A stretch of 64,000 nucleotides of DNA from Pyrinomonadaceae bacterium (GCA_051002415.1 JBPCMI010000140.1:363-64362), one strand, 5' to 3'. Shown: positions 1-9,466, counted from the stretch's first letter. Made by a program: numbers and translations. The notes: a model not told the origin generated them from the sequence alone.

Positions 1-2
1 AA

Positions 3-329
3 ACGGAGCATGAAGTAGAGCGCTCGCGCGGACTGGCTCGTGTCTCGCAGATAGTCGACTACATTTTCTTTGTGCTCTACGCCTTGCTGGCGTTGCGCTT
101 TCTGTTGGCGCTGCTTGCCGCGCGCAGTTCAGCCGGGTTCGTTCAGTTCATCGTCTCAGTGACGAATCCCCTTTACGAACCCTTTAGAGGAATTGTCGCC
201 AGCCCGAGAACGCCGGAAGGGCATACGCTTTTGCTGCCGATGGTGATCGCGATCATCGTCTATGTCTTGCTGCACTTAGCAATCAACGGTCTGCTGCGGC
301 TTCTGGCTCATCGCAAGACCCAGATCTGA
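3..329 (+). CDS. YggT-family small integral membrane protein, 5' end outside the window
   Basis: Frame 3 is open from the window edge to the stop at 327-329, with no in-frame ATG near the edge. Two hydrophobic helices (LYALLALRFLLALLAA; LLLPMVIAIIVYVLLHLAINGLL) flank an NPLYEPFRGIV loop, as in YggT repeats. Confidence 0.55.
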   Translation, partial: TEHEVERSRGLARVSQIVDYIFFVLYALLALRFLLALLAARSSAGFVQFIVSVTNPLYEPFRGIVASPRTPEGHTLLLPMVIAIIVYVLLHLAINGLLRLLAHRKTQI

Positions 330-336
330 CATATTG

Positions 337-562
337 CATTGCCGATTGGCGATTTCCGATTGCCAATTGGCGATTGGAGTTTGGCGAACAGGATAAGCCT
401 ATAGCGCGCAGTATGCTGCTGCAATGGTGGTGCATGGTAGTTAGCGCACGATGCGCATTGATAGTTAACGCATGATGCTGCATTTGTAGTTAACGTTAAT
501 GCAGCGCACGCGACTTCGACGAATTGACAATCGGCAATTGGCAATCAACAATTGGCAATCGT
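337..562. repeat. Inverted pair of CAATTGG/CAATCGG short tandem arrays (337-377, 522-562) flanking three ~24-nt direct repeats (436-509)
   Basis: Read directly: attgccgattggcgatttccgattgccaattggcgattgg versus ttgacaatcggcaattggcaatcaacaattggcaatcg. Inner units are (g)tAGTTAgCGCAcGATGCgCAtt x3. ORFs 283-483(-) and 308-544(-) are translations of this repeat. Confidence 0.6.
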
Positions 563-580
563 TCAACGATCTTTCTTTAT

Positions 581-686
581 CAGACTTCGGGCTCCGCACA
601 ACGCTCGCCTTGTGAACCCCGCCAGGCCGGGAACGGAGCAACGGTAGCAACGGCAACGTGTGTTGCGGGTAAGTCCGGAGTCTGGC
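581..686 (+). ncRNA. ffs: Signal recognition particle RNA (small 4.5S type)
   Basis: Domain IV signature CCAGGCCG-GGAA-CGGAGCAACGG at 622-644: a GNRA tetraloop closed by CCG/CGG, flanked by the conserved CAGG and AGCA. 5' CAGACU (581-586) pairs with 3' AGUCUG (679-684). Sits in the classic position just upstream of dnaX. End coordinates are approximate. Confidence 0.75.
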
Positions 687-697
687 CAATTCGAAAA

Positions 698-797
698 GGA
701 TGAGGGATGAAGGATGAGGGATGAATCGCAATCAGTATTCTAACGTTTGCGGTTTCAGCCTCATTCTTCATCCCTCATCCCTTCGCCCTCATCCCTT
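698..797. repeat. Inverted pair of heptamer arrays, GGATGAG-type (698-725) and CTCATCC-type (759-797)
   Basis: ggatgagggatgaaggatgagggatgaa ... cctcattcttcatccctcatcccttcgccctcatccctt, with a 33-nt spacer. The right arm abuts the dnaX ATG. Confidence 0.6.
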
Positions 798-2618
798 ATG
801 AGCTATCAGGTAATCGCACGTAAATGGCGACCGCAGAGTTTCGCGGAAGTCACCGGCCAGGAACCGATCACGCGCACGTTGCAAAACGCGATTGAGCACG
901 AACGGCTCCACCACGCCTACGTCTTCTCCGGCGCCCGCGGCGTCGGCAAAACCACTACCGCCAGACTCTTTGCCAAGGCTTTAAACTGTCATAAGTCAAA
1001 AACACCGACTGCAACTCCGTGTCGCACCGACGATCCCACCGCCTGTCCTTCATGCCGAGAAATTTCCGAAAGCCGCTCAATTGATGTTCAGGAAATCGAC
1101 GCCGCCTCAAACACCGGAGTCGGAAACGTTAGAGACTCGATCATAGAAACCATCGGCTTTGCGCCTGCGCGAGATCGTTTCAAGATTTTCGTAATCGACG
1201 AAGTGCACATGCTTTCAATGCCGGCGTTCAATGCGTTGCTTAAGACCGTGGAAGAGCCGCCGCCGCGCGTTGTTTTCATTATGGCGACGACCGAAAGGCA
1301 CAAGGTTCCCGAAACTATCCTCTCCCGCAGTCAGCAATTTGAGTTTCGCACGATTGCCACTGCAAAAATTCTCGAGCGGCTCAGGTTAATTGCCGAAGCG
1401 GAACAGATCTCCATTCCCGAAGATGCTTTGCGCGAGATTGCGCGCGCCGGGGAAGGCTCGATGCGCGACGCCCAGTCAGCCTTTGATCAAGTGATTAGTT
1501 TCGCCGGGAACAAAATTAAGAAGGAGGACGTCGAGCAGGCGCTTGGCGTAGCAGGAGCCGATATTCTGATCCGGGTGATGAATGGCATTGCCGGAAACCA
1601 ACCGGCTGAAGCGCTCGCAGTAGTGGAGGAGGTAGTAATGCGCGGCCATGACCTGCGCAACTTCTCGCGTGACTTGCTCGCGCACTTTCGCGACCTGCTG
1701 GTTACCAAAGTTTCAGGCAGCGAAGAATTGCTCGAGTCAGCCGTCTGCGATCGCGAGGAGTTGCGGCGCCAAGCTGATCTCTTTTCGGAATCGGACCTGG
1801 TGCGTTTCTTTCACTCGCTGGCGGAAACGGAAACTAAACTTAGTACTGCCGCTCAACCTCGTTATCAGCTAGAGGTTGGATTGGTAAAGCTGATGGAGAT
1901 GCGCCGGCTTGAGCCTCTCACTCAACTCCTTGAACGTCTCACCGCGCTCGAGGAATCATTGCGAACCGGAAAAGCCCTGGCTCCCGCGAAGCCCGGCCCG
2001 CCAAGCAGCGGATCGGCGCCAACTCCTGCTGGAGGAGTTTCATCACCCGCGAAGACCGGTTCGAAGGCAATGAGCGCGTCGGTCGGATCTGCGGCAACGC
2101 CCGCGCGCGCAATTGAACCGACGTTTACCCCACTTGCTATCTCACACGACTTGCCGCCGCCCACTGCCGCCGCGGACACGCCTGCTAGTTCTATCGCAAC
2201 GAGTTTTCCTGAGGGTGATTCGGAAATCGAACGTATCAAGTCGGCGTTGGAATCACGACGAAAAATGTTTCTCGTGACCGCGCTCGAAGGCGCGCGTTCT
2301 GCGGCCATCGAGAATGGCGAGCTGTATATTGAGTTTGCCCCCGAAGCGCGTCACCTGCGCGACTCGCTCGCGAAAGGCGACAGCGTTAAAGTGCTGCGCG
2401 AGATTTGTCAGGAGATTACGGGCAAGGAATTGGGCGTGCGCATCATGATCAAGGATCAGGCCGCCGCGGTCGATGACGCGCCACTATCGCGCGAAGATGA
2501 AGAGCGACTGGAGCAAAATCGCCTGCGCGAAGACGCCGAGAAGCATCCGGTTGTGCAGCAGATGCTGCGCACGTTTCGCGGCGAGCTTGTTGACGTGCGC
2601 CGCGTCGACAAGTCTTAA
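798..2618 (+). CDS. dnaX: DNA polymerase III subunit gamma/tau
   Basis: N-terminus MSYQVIARKWRPQSF. Walker A GARGVGKTT, Cys-rich zinc module (CHK...CRT...CPSC), Walker B IDEVHML, and SRSQ sensor. Start moved from TTG 747 to ATG 798 because the 17 upstream codons translate the heptamer array. Confidence 0.9.
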   Translation: MSYQVIARKWRPQSFAEVTGQEPITRTLQNAIEHERLHHAYVFSGARGVGKTTTARLFAKALNCHKSKTPTATPCRTDDPTACPSCREISESRSIDVQEIDAASNTGVGNVRDSIIETIGFAPARDRFKIFVIDEVHMLSMPAFNALLKTVEEPPPRVVFIMATTERHKVPETILSRSQQFEFRTIATAKILERLRLIAEAEQISIPEDALREIARAGEGSMRDAQSAFDQVISFAGNKIKKEDVEQALGVAGADILIRVMNGIAGNQPAEALAVVEEVVMRGHDLRNFSRDLLAHFRDLLVTKVSGSEELLESAVCDREELRRQADLFSESDLVRFFHSLAETETKLSTAAQPRYQLEVGLVKLMEMRRLEPLTQLLERLTALEESLRTGKALAPAKPGPPSSGSAPTPAGGVSSPAKTGSKAMSASVGSAATPARAIEPTFTPLAISHDLPPPTAAADTPASSIATSFPEGDSEIERIKSALESRRKMFLVTALEGARSAAIENGELYIEFAPEARHLRDSLAKGDSVKVLREICQEITGKELGVRIMIKDQAAAVDDAPLSREDEERLEQNRLREDAEKHPVVQQMLRTFRGELVDVRRVDKS

Positions 2619-2679
2619 AACTGACTACATCGGCCAAAGGCAGCCTCTCACCTAACCAGCCGTCCGAAGACAAAATTTT

Positions 2680-2828
2680 CACCGCTAAGTCGCCAAGAGG
2701 CAAAGCAAAATCTAACAGGCAGATTGAGCGGGTTGTACCTCAGGACATAAATTACAAACCAAAACTCCAAACGTGAGACTCGGTCTGAACTGGTTTCGCC
2801 TCTGCGTCTTTGCGTCTTGGCAGTAAAC
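2680..2828. repeat. IR-flanked GCCAAGA-type element (copy D of a 5-member family)
   Basis: Left arm caccgctaagtcgccaagaggcaaagcaaaa, right arm tttcgcctctgcgtctttgcgtcttggcagtaaac (reverse-complementary words), ~85-nt core. Intergenic, downstream of dnaX. Confidence 0.5.
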
Positions 2829-2913
2829 TCCCACCGGGACAAACTCCAGCATTTTTCCACCGAACAATTTTCTGATGAGGGTCGTATAAGGTCGCTCGGA
2901 GGGATTACTACTT

Positions 2914-3123
2914 ATGCGCGACCCATTTACTGCAGGACTTCTCAGCTTCATCATTCCCGGCGTGGGGCAACTTTATAACGGGCGAATACTGGCCGGCATT
3001 CTCTGGCTCATCATCACGCCGGGCTTTTGGATAGGATCCGGCGGCACGCTCGGCTGGATCTGCCACATCATCTCAGCGTACACCGCTTACTCGTACGCGA
3101 AGGATCATCCAGTTCGCGTCTAG
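2914..3123 (+). CDS. Small membrane protein (two predicted TM helices, GxGQxYNG motif)
   Basis: 69-aa ORF with ATG start. IIPGVGQLYNGRILAGILWLII and a second hydrophobic stretch. Family not assigned with confidence. Confidence 0.45.
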   Translation: MRDPFTAGLLSFIIPGVGQLYNGRILAGILWLIITPGFWIGSGGTLGWICHIISAYTAYSYAKDHPVRV

Positions 3124-3209
3124 CCCCTCAGAAGGTCGGGATGTCTGCTAATTGTTCCCAGCGTCCCGGTTCGTACTAAACGCGTAGCGCTAACAAACTT
3201 CGCTCTCCT

Positions 3210-4355
3210 CTACCGGCCAAGACTCCCCGCTACTCTGACTGCAGCCTCGTAAGTCGTATCCTTCGCAAGAATCTCCATTTCACGTGCTATCAATTCAGCC
3301 GTACTTCGGTTTCGCACTGGGAGAGTGCGACCAGGACACGGTCGACCTGCAATCATTGCGTGTGTCTCCAGATGAAGACCGTTGTCCGCGCGTTGCACCA
3401 CAAACGAAGCGTTGTTTTGCGTAGATTGTAGTTCGACCCTCGCCAACCGACCCGGCTTCATTTCGGGCCGTTCCACCCGTTTCAGTTCGAGACTAACTGC
3501 ACTGCCGTCGGCTTTGCGCGCGAAGAACAAAGTCTGATCCTCTTCATTTGTTTGCCGTTCAATACTCCAATCCAGACGGCTCGCTAGCCAACCGGCAATC
3601 AACAACGCTTGAGTAGCGATTCCGTTTGCATTTCCCTCGGGCGCGGCATACTCGATCTTAACTCGTTCGTGTTCCGCAAGCGCGGCACGATATTCCTGGA
3701 CGTCATAAAAATTAGCGAGCAACGCTCGCCACGAAGTGAGTCGCGCCCAGTTGATGTCGCTGACAGCAATCGCTTCGGAGCCCTGCCGTGAAAAAAGTTG
3801 TTCGATACTATCCAGGTGCAGATTCATTGCTGCCAGATCAACTGAATCAATCACAAGCCGGTCTGCCGAATGACTTAGCGGCAGGAAAGTATCGTCGTCT
3901 AGCCGTTGCAGATCCTGCCACCAGAGAAATATTGGAAGGTCTGGTACAAGCAACGGGATACCGGCACTGGGAAGCTCCGAAGTGAATTGGCCATGAGCAA
4001 CTAAGGTGATTTCCTCGCAGCTGAGTTCGGCATTCTTTGCCCGGGTTTCGGTCTGACATGAGGCGGAAACAAACATCTCGATATCAGAATCAGCACCCTC
4101 GCGATCCGCCAGCATTACAACCGCGCGGCAAGGATGAATGACCGCGAGTCTGCGAATTGTCTCCTGAGTTTCCGTAAGCGCTGCATCGGTCGTAACAACG
4201 ACCATCAAGTTGGCCGCGCGGGCGCGCAAGACAGCATCGTCAGGTCCCACTTCTTCCCCTCCAGCCGTTTCCTGCCACAGTTCAGCCAGGGCGCGCTCAA
4301 CCTCTTCGACGTCGAGCGTCTTTTCAACCTGTATTTGTTTAAGTAGTGTCGACAT
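3210..4355 (-). CDS. opcA: Glucose-6-phosphate dehydrogenase assembly protein OpcA-like
   Basis: Lies immediately downstream of zwf on the same strand. N-terminal VEEVERALAELW...RARAANLMVVV pattern typical of OpcA. Start set to MSTLLKQ (4355) to avoid overlapping the zwf 3' end. Confidence 0.7.
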   Translation of the reverse strand: MSTLLKQIQVEKTLDVEEVERALAELWQETAGGEEVGPDDAVLRARAANLMVVVTTDAALTETQETIRRLAVIHPCRAVVMLADREGADSDIEMFVSASCQTETRAKNAELSCEEITLVAHGQFTSELPSAGIPLLVPDLPIFLWWQDLQRLDDDTFLPLSHSADRLVIDSVDLAAMNLHLDSIEQLFSRQGSEAIAVSDINWARLTSWRALLANFYDVQEYRAALAEHERVKIEYAAPEGNANGIATQALLIAGWLASRLDWSIERQTNEEDQTLFFARKADGSAVSLELKRVERPEMKPGRLARVELQSTQNNASFVVQRADNGLHLETHAMIAGRPCPGRTLPVRNRSTAELIAREMEILAKDTTYEAAVRVAGSLGR

Positions 4356-4368
4356 GTTGCGGCCGCCC

Positions 4369-5904
4369 TTACAACTTTCGCCAGCTTCTGCCATCCCGCT
4401 CGATCAATGCAAACGAGCTGCGTGGTCCCCAGGAACCTGCTGCGTAGTTTGGAAAATCTGGCGCGGGCTGTCGCCACCCCTCAAGAATTGGCGACACAAT
4501 TTCCCAGCCGCGCTCCACCATATCGCGCCGCGCGTAGAGCGTGGAATCGCCCAACATACAATCGAGCAACAGCCGCTCGTAAGCCTCTGGCGCCTTCACG
4601 CCAAAAGATGCGCCATAACGAAAATCCATGTTGACCCAACGAATGCGCATCGCCTGTCCCGGCAACTTCGCCCCAAAGCGAAGGGTGATCCCCTCGTTTG
4701 GTTGAATACGAATCACAAGTGCGTTCGGCTGCAATGGCGTATCGGATTCGGTGAAAAGCTGGTGCGGCACTGCTTTGAACTGAATCGCGATTTCCGTCAG
4801 GCGCTTCGGCATTCGCTTACCTGAGCGCAAATAAAAAGGCACATCTGCCCAGCGCCAGTTAGCGAATTGAAGTTTGAGGGCAGCAAACGTTTCTGTAGAA
4901 GAAAGCGGATCAACGCCCGGCTCTTCGCGATAACCGGGGACCGTATCGCCGAGCACAGTGCCCGGTCCGTACTGCCCGCGAACAGCGAAATCATTGACAC
5001 GGTCGTTAGGGATTGCACGCACGCTGCGCATCGCGCGAACCTTTTCGTCGCGTACGCTGTTAGGTTCAAGCGAAGTGGGCGGTTCCATCGCAATCAAAGC
5101 CACGATCTGAAATACGTGGTTCTGGATCATGTCGCGAACGGCGCCCGCTTTTTCGTAGTAGCTGCCGCGACCCTCGACGCCGATTGCCTCGGCATTAGTA
5201 ATTTGCACGTGGTCGATGTAGTTATGGTTCCAGAGAGGTTCAAAAATGCTGTTGGCAAAACGAAACACCAAAAGGTTCTGCACGGTTTCCTTACCGAGAT
5301 AATGATCGATGCGGAAAATTTGGTTTTCATTAAAGACGGCGGCGAGTTCCACGTTCAGCGACTTCGCGCTTTCTAGATCATGGCCGAATGGTTTTTCAAC
5401 AATGATGCGCGTCCAACTTTGCCCAGTGGGGTGCGCGAGGCCGGCAGCACCTAGCTGGCGGGCAACAACTCCAAAAAAGTCTGGCGCCGTTGCCAGGTAG
5501 AAGAGGTGATTATTTTGAGTGTTGCGAGCGGCGTTGATTTCCAGAAGTTTTGCTTTAATTTTTGCGTAAAGTTGCTGGTCGTCGAACTCACCCGACAGAT
5601 AAAAGAGTCCGGTAGCGAAACTGTCCCAAGCCGCTTCGTCGATATCTTCTTCTGAAAATTCGGTGAGGGCGTCGCGCATCTTGAGGCGAAATTCTTCGTC
5701 ATCCATCGCCGGCCGCGCCGTTCCCAAGATGGCGAACTCCGCCGGCAAAAGCCGTTGGCGCGCCAAGCGGTAAAGCGCTGGAAGAAGTTTGCGCCGCGTC
5801 AGGTCGCCGGTGGCGCCGAAGATTACAACCACACACGGCTCGGCGGTGCGTTCCAGACGCGTTCCACTACGCAGCGGATTTACGTTCTCAACCAAAGTTG
5901 TCAT
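4369..5904 (-). CDS. zwf: Glucose-6-phosphate 1-dehydrogenase
   Basis: GATGDLTRRKLLPALY dinucleotide-binding motif, EKPFG, and the active-site motif RIDHYLGKE. 511 aa, full length. Confidence 0.95.
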   Translation of the reverse strand: MTTLVENVNPLRSGTRLERTAEPCVVVIFGATGDLTRRKLLPALYRLARQRLLPAEFAILGTARPAMDDEEFRLKMRDALTEFSEEDIDEAAWDSFATGLFYLSGEFDDQQLYAKIKAKLLEINAARNTQNNHLFYLATAPDFFGVVARQLGAAGLAHPTGQSWTRIIVEKPFGHDLESAKSLNVELAAVFNENQIFRIDHYLGKETVQNLLVFRFANSIFEPLWNHNYIDHVQITNAEAIGVEGRGSYYEKAGAVRDMIQNHVFQIVALIAMEPPTSLEPNSVRDEKVRAMRSVRAIPNDRVNDFAVRGQYGPGTVLGDTVPGYREEPGVDPLSSTETFAALKLQFANWRWADVPFYLRSGKRMPKRLTEIAIQFKAVPHQLFTESDTPLQPNALVIRIQPNEGITLRFGAKLPGQAMRIRWVNMDFRYGASFGVKAPEAYERLLLDCMLGDSTLYARRDMVERGWEIVSPILEGWRQPAPDFPNYAAGSWGPRSSFALIERDGRSWRKL

Positions 5905-5922
5905 CTGGAATTTGGGGCCTGT

Positions 5923-6083
5923 GCTTTGAACTTTGTACTTTGAGCTTTGAGCTTTGAGCTTTGAGCTTTTTGCTTCGAACTTAAGCTCGAAATCAACTGC
6001 TGCTGCCCACTGCCTTCCGCTTCTGCCTTCCGCCTTCTGCCTTCTGCCTACTGCCTTCTGCTTTCTGCCTACTGCCTGCTGCC
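5923..6083. repeat. Two adjacent short tandem arrays: CTTTGAA/GAGCTTT-type (5923-5970) and CTGCCTT-type (6001-6083)
   Basis: ctttgaactttgtactttgagctttgagctttgagctttgagc, then ctgccttccgcttctgccttccgccttctgccttctgcctactgccttctgc... Fills the gap between the BNR gene stop and the zwf start. Confidence 0.65.
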
Positions 6084-6085
6084 GT

Positions 6086-8125
6086 CTACGGCCGTGCCGG
6101 CTTTTTTATCGTAGGCACGGCGCGCGGAATATCGCCGTCGTCGACAACAAGCGGTGTCTCTGAGTTTTGCGACTGAAGTTTAGGAGCACTGCGGCGCAAA
6201 ATGGGAGGCAGACCCGGCCGCGGTAAGCGAACTGTTTCTACATCGTCAAGGCGCCTCAGGATTGCCCCGCCACGACCTGCAACCCAAACATTCGCCCCAC
6301 CGCGATTGGCGATCGAGAACAAGGTCGTGCTGGTAATCGTTGGCTGCGTCAGCCACGTCTCGCCGCCGTCTTTGCTTTCGATAATTCTTCCCTGCTCGCC
6401 GGCCACCATCACTTCATCACGCGCAGAGGCCGCGACGGAAAAAAGATTCGTCGTGATCCCACTTTCCAGGTCTTTCCATGTGAGCCCGCCATCATCAGTG
6501 CGCAGAATCAAGCCCTGGGCCCCGACCGCATATCCGCGTTGCGGATCGAAGAACGCCACGGCGTAAAGCCACTCTTTCAGATTCCGATCAACACGTTTCC
6601 AGGTGGCGCCGCCATCTTCCGTGCGCAGGATCGTGCCATTAGAACCAACTGCTAAGCCGTGTTTTGAATCGATGAAGCGAACATCTTCGAGCCAGGCGAA
6701 AGTGTCTGCACGCTGAAAGTGCCAGATTTGACCGCCGTCGCTTGACTCGAGTATCACGCCACGCGCTCCGACGGCCCAACCCTGAGTGGGCGAAACGAAG
6801 TCAACCGCCAGCAGATCCTCGTTGACCTGTAGACGAACCTGCGCCCAGGTAACACCACCATTAACCGAACGTAGTATGGTTCCTTGATCACCCACTGCCC
6901 ATCCCAATTTCTCATTGACGAAATCCACAGCGTTTAAGCGCACCGTGGTGCCGGAAGGCCGCACTGTCCAGCTGCGACCCGCTGAACTCGTGAATAAGAT
7001 TTTTCCGCGAGCGCCGACGGCCCAACCGCGCGTATCGTTGAGGAAGAAAATCTGAGAGAGATCGTCGCGGCCACCTTCGGTGAGCCGACGCCACGAAAGT
7101 CCGCCGTCATCGGTGCGCAGAATCAAACCATCAGCACCTGCTGCCCAACCAAGCGACTCATCAGCAAAGTGCACCGACGAAAGTCTCGGACTGGTGCGCA
7201 CGCTCACCGGCAACCAAATCGATCCGCCGTCCGCGGTAGTTAGCACGAGGCCATCATCGCCCGTCGCCCAGCCCACCTTGTCGTCTTTGAAATAGACCGA
7301 AAGCAAATCCGTGGTTGTGAGACTATTCGCCGTCTGCCAGGTAACACCAGCGTCGCGAGTTTCAAGGATAGTTCCCGCGTAGCCGACCACTACTGCACGC
7401 AAAGGAGAACTAAAAGTGACCCCCGTCAAGGCTTTGCTAGTGACGTCCGTGTGGGGTCTCCAATCAACGCCACCGTTTTTAGTCACCAGCAGCGTGCCTC
7501 GAGCTCCGACAGCAATACCGGTTAGCTCATCGGTAAAGGCGACTGAAAACAAGTGCGCTGTTGTCGGTGCCTTTTGTATCTGCCAACTGATGCCGCCATC
7601 TTTGGTATGGACGATGGAGCCGAAGGATCCGACGGCCCAGCCTTTTTTTGACGACCCGGAGGCGAAGGTGACACAAAAAAGATGATCGCGCGTTCCGGTG
7701 GTGCGGCGTACCCATTTGCCGCCGCCGTTTGTAGTCGTAAGAATCACACCACCTGATCCCGCTGCAATCAGCTTCGCTTTGTCTTTGACGTAGAGACCGT
7801 ACAAGGTGGTGTTAGTGGGCGAGATCTGTTCTTCCCAGGTAAAGCCGCCATTTCGCGAGCGTAAAATTGCGCCATCTCCGCCGACAGCCCAGCCGTTCTT
7901 TTTGTCTAAAGCGAACTTCACATTGTTGATTGTATTTCCCTGCGGCAGCGGGTTCTGCCACTGCCAGGCGCGAATTTCCAGGCCCTGAGCGGATACGATT
8001 ACAGCAGTTGCGGTACAGATCAGGAGTAAGAACGTCGACGACAGGACGGGCCGCTTAGCGCCCCAGCGAGGTGGTCTGCTAGAAATAGCGGTCAAAAAGG
8101 GCAATCTTGTACGCTGCAAGAGCAA
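6086..8125 (-). CDS. Secreted Asp-box (BNR) repeat beta-propeller protein, Ycf48/sortilin-like
   Basis: About 13 Asp-box motifs (S/T-x-D/N-G-G-x-T/S-W: SRNGGFTW, TKDGGISW, TDDGGLSW, TEDGGATW, SKDGGETW...) at regular ~45-50-aa spacing. N-terminal hydrophobic signal/anchor. Confidence 0.7.
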   Translation of the reverse strand: MLLQRTRLPFLTAISSRPPRWGAKRPVLSSTFLLLICTATAVIVSAQGLEIRAWQWQNPLPQGNTINNVKFALDKKNGWAVGGDGAILRSRNGGFTWEEQISPTNTTLYGLYVKDKAKLIAAGSGGVILTTTNGGGKWVRRTTGTRDHLFCVTFASGSSKKGWAVGSFGSIVHTKDGGISWQIQKAPTTAHLFSVAFTDELTGIAVGARGTLLVTKNGGVDWRPHTDVTSKALTGVTFSSPLRAVVVGYAGTILETRDAGVTWQTANSLTTTDLLSVYFKDDKVGWATGDDGLVLTTADGGSIWLPVSVRTSPRLSSVHFADESLGWAAGADGLILRTDDGGLSWRRLTEGGRDDLSQIFFLNDTRGWAVGARGKILFTSSAGRSWTVRPSGTTVRLNAVDFVNEKLGWAVGDQGTILRSVNGGVTWAQVRLQVNEDLLAVDFVSPTQGWAVGARGVILESSDGGQIWHFQRADTFAWLEDVRFIDSKHGLAVGSNGTILRTEDGGATWKRVDRNLKEWLYAVAFFDPQRGYAVGAQGLILRTDDGGLTWKDLESGITTNLFSVAASARDEVMVAGEQGRIIESKDGGETWLTQPTITSTTLFSIANRGGANVWVAGRGGAILRRLDDVETVRLPRPGLPPILRRSAPKLQSQNSETPLVVDDGDIPRAVPTIKKPARP

Positions 8126-8257
8126 GTGAGTAGAGCTACAACTTTCGGGGAGTTAATGTCTCTGGAGCGAGGATTATAAAGATGAAGGCGCGGGAAAGCG
8201 AATGGTCTTAAAAACGGAACTGCCGCCGTTTCCACGAGGCACCCACTGAAGGCGGTG

Positions 8258-8395
8258 AATGCTGGTACGCCAAGCCGCGAAAGCCGTCGAGACGCGAAGT
8301 AAGCAATAATTCTTAACCAGCAATCGCCTCTAAATATTTTTTGAATCTTCGCGGCTTGCGTCTTGGCGTCTTGGCGTCTTGGCGACACCAGAAAA
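8258..8395. repeat. IR-flanked GCCAAG/CGTCTTGG element (copy C)
   Basis: Left arm gtacgccaagccgcgaaagccgtcgagacgcgaag, right arm ggcttgcgtcttggcgtcttggcgtcttggcgacacc. ORF 8092-8412(-) is a translation of it. Confidence 0.5.
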
Positions 8396-8416
8396 TCAAC
8401 CAGCACAGGCACGGAA

Positions 8417-8950
8417 CTACTTCACGTCAGCGCGGCGCAGACGACGGTCAAGCTGCCATTGTCCCGACGTCTTTCGTAAGCGCGCCAGGACTAACCCGTG
8501 AGGCTTTCCGCATGATTGCCGGCGCCCTCCCTTGTGCCGATGACTCTGGTCTGGACTACTGTTTTCAAAAGCCAGGGAAAAACTTTCCTGAATCAAAGCA
8601 GGTTCAGAAGAATTGTCAGCGCTGGGTACAGGCGTAGGGTTTGTCTTTGTCTGGCGATAGTAGATGATCAGAAAAACCGACGTATCCAAATTGAGTTGAG
8701 GCAGCGGATGGGACTGAGTTTCTGCAACCACGATTTCGTTGCCTTCGCAATCAAGTGCGAGCCCGGCGGTGATTATTAATTTGTCCCGACGGCGCGAGAC
8801 TTCCAGTCCGGAGACAATTCCAAATCCATGTAACTCGCGATTATGTAGTCTTTGCTTCTCGCGAAAATAAGTTTGCTCCAAGTCGAGATCTGCTGCCGTT
8901 AAAATGCGGCCGGAAAAAAAGTTGTTCCTACGAAAACCTTTTTCACTCAT
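8417..8950 (-). CDS. Hypothetical protein (177 aa)
   Basis: ATG-initiated ORF adjacent to rnhA (3-nt gap). N-terminal FFSGRILTAADLDLEQTYFREKQRLHNRELHGFGIVSGLEV block looks like a conserved domain, but I cannot name the family. Confidence 0.45.
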   Translation of the reverse strand: MSEKGFRRNNFFSGRILTAADLDLEQTYFREKQRLHNRELHGFGIVSGLEVSRRRDKLIITAGLALDCEGNEIVVAETQSHPLPQLNLDTSVFLIIYYRQTKTNPTPVPSADNSSEPALIQESFSLAFENSSPDQSHRHKGGRRQSCGKPHGLVLARLRKTSGQWQLDRRLRRADVK

Positions 8951-8953
8951 GAC

Positions 8954-9466
8954 TTAGTTTTCAAGATCGGGGTCGAGCGTGCCGACTTTGTCTTCAGCAT
9001 CGCGCAGCACTTCTGGGTCGACGCGGCCCAGGCCCGCCAGCCTGCGGGCGGCGCGATCTACCGCCTCTTGAATCACATGCCCTGAGTGCCCAGCAGTCCA
9101 TTCCCAGGCGATCTCATGGCGCTCTGCCGCTTTGTCGAGACGCGCCCACCAATCATGATTTGTTTTGCGACGAAAGTTGCCGTTCATTGTCTCGACCACA
9201 TAGCGCGAATCCGTAAAGAGGCGAACCTTACATGGTTCGCGCAAAGCTTCAAGACCCACTGCGGCCGCAGCGACCTCGGCTTGCTGATTGGTAGCCTGTC
9301 CGAGATAGCAACCGACTGAGCGCCAAATCCCCTGATAGCCCAGGAGGGCGACAGCCGCCGCCCTCGTATCGACTTTGCCATTACCAAGACTCGAACCGTC
9401 ACAAAAAATTGTGACCTGCTTTCGTGACGAACTCTTTAATGTCTGATCAGCGGTGGTCTTAGTCAT
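8954..9466 (-). CDS. rnhA: Ribonuclease HI
   Basis: Type 1 RNase H pattern: IFCDGSSLGNG (Asp), NQQAEVAAA (Glu), LFTDSRYVV (Asp), and WTAGHSGHVIQEAVDRAAR (His/Asp). Confidence 0.85.
   Translation of the reverse strand: MTKTTADQTLKSSSRKQVTIFCDGSSLGNGKVDTRAAAVALLGYQGIWRSVGCYLGQATNQQAEVAAAAVGLEALREPCKVRLFTDSRYVVETMNGNFRRKTNHDWWARLDKAAERHEIAWEWTAGHSGHVIQEAVDRAARRLAGLGRVDPEVLRDAEDKVGTLDPDLEN

Noticed and set aside
283-771. ORFs 283-483(-), 308-544(-), 465-731(-) and 580-771(-)
   Set aside because: They translate repeat arrays (PIGNRQSAIGN-type low complexity) and the antisense of the SRP RNA. There is no coding signal.
798-2618. Programmed ribosomal frameshift or transcriptional slippage site in dnaX (gamma subunit production)
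   Set aside because: I found no A AAA AAG-type slippery heptamer or long A-run in the expected region (about two-thirds into the gene).
5923-6083. CRISPR array (here and at the other short tandem arrays)
   Set aside because: The repeat period is 7-8 nt with no unique spacers. No cas genes are in the window. Arrays occur as inverted pairs at many loci.
8092-8412. ORF 8092-8412(-), 106 aa
   Set aside because: It overlaps the 5' end of the BNR gene and then reads through the IR element (PRRQDAKTQAAK = translated GCCAAGAC array). Repeat artefact.
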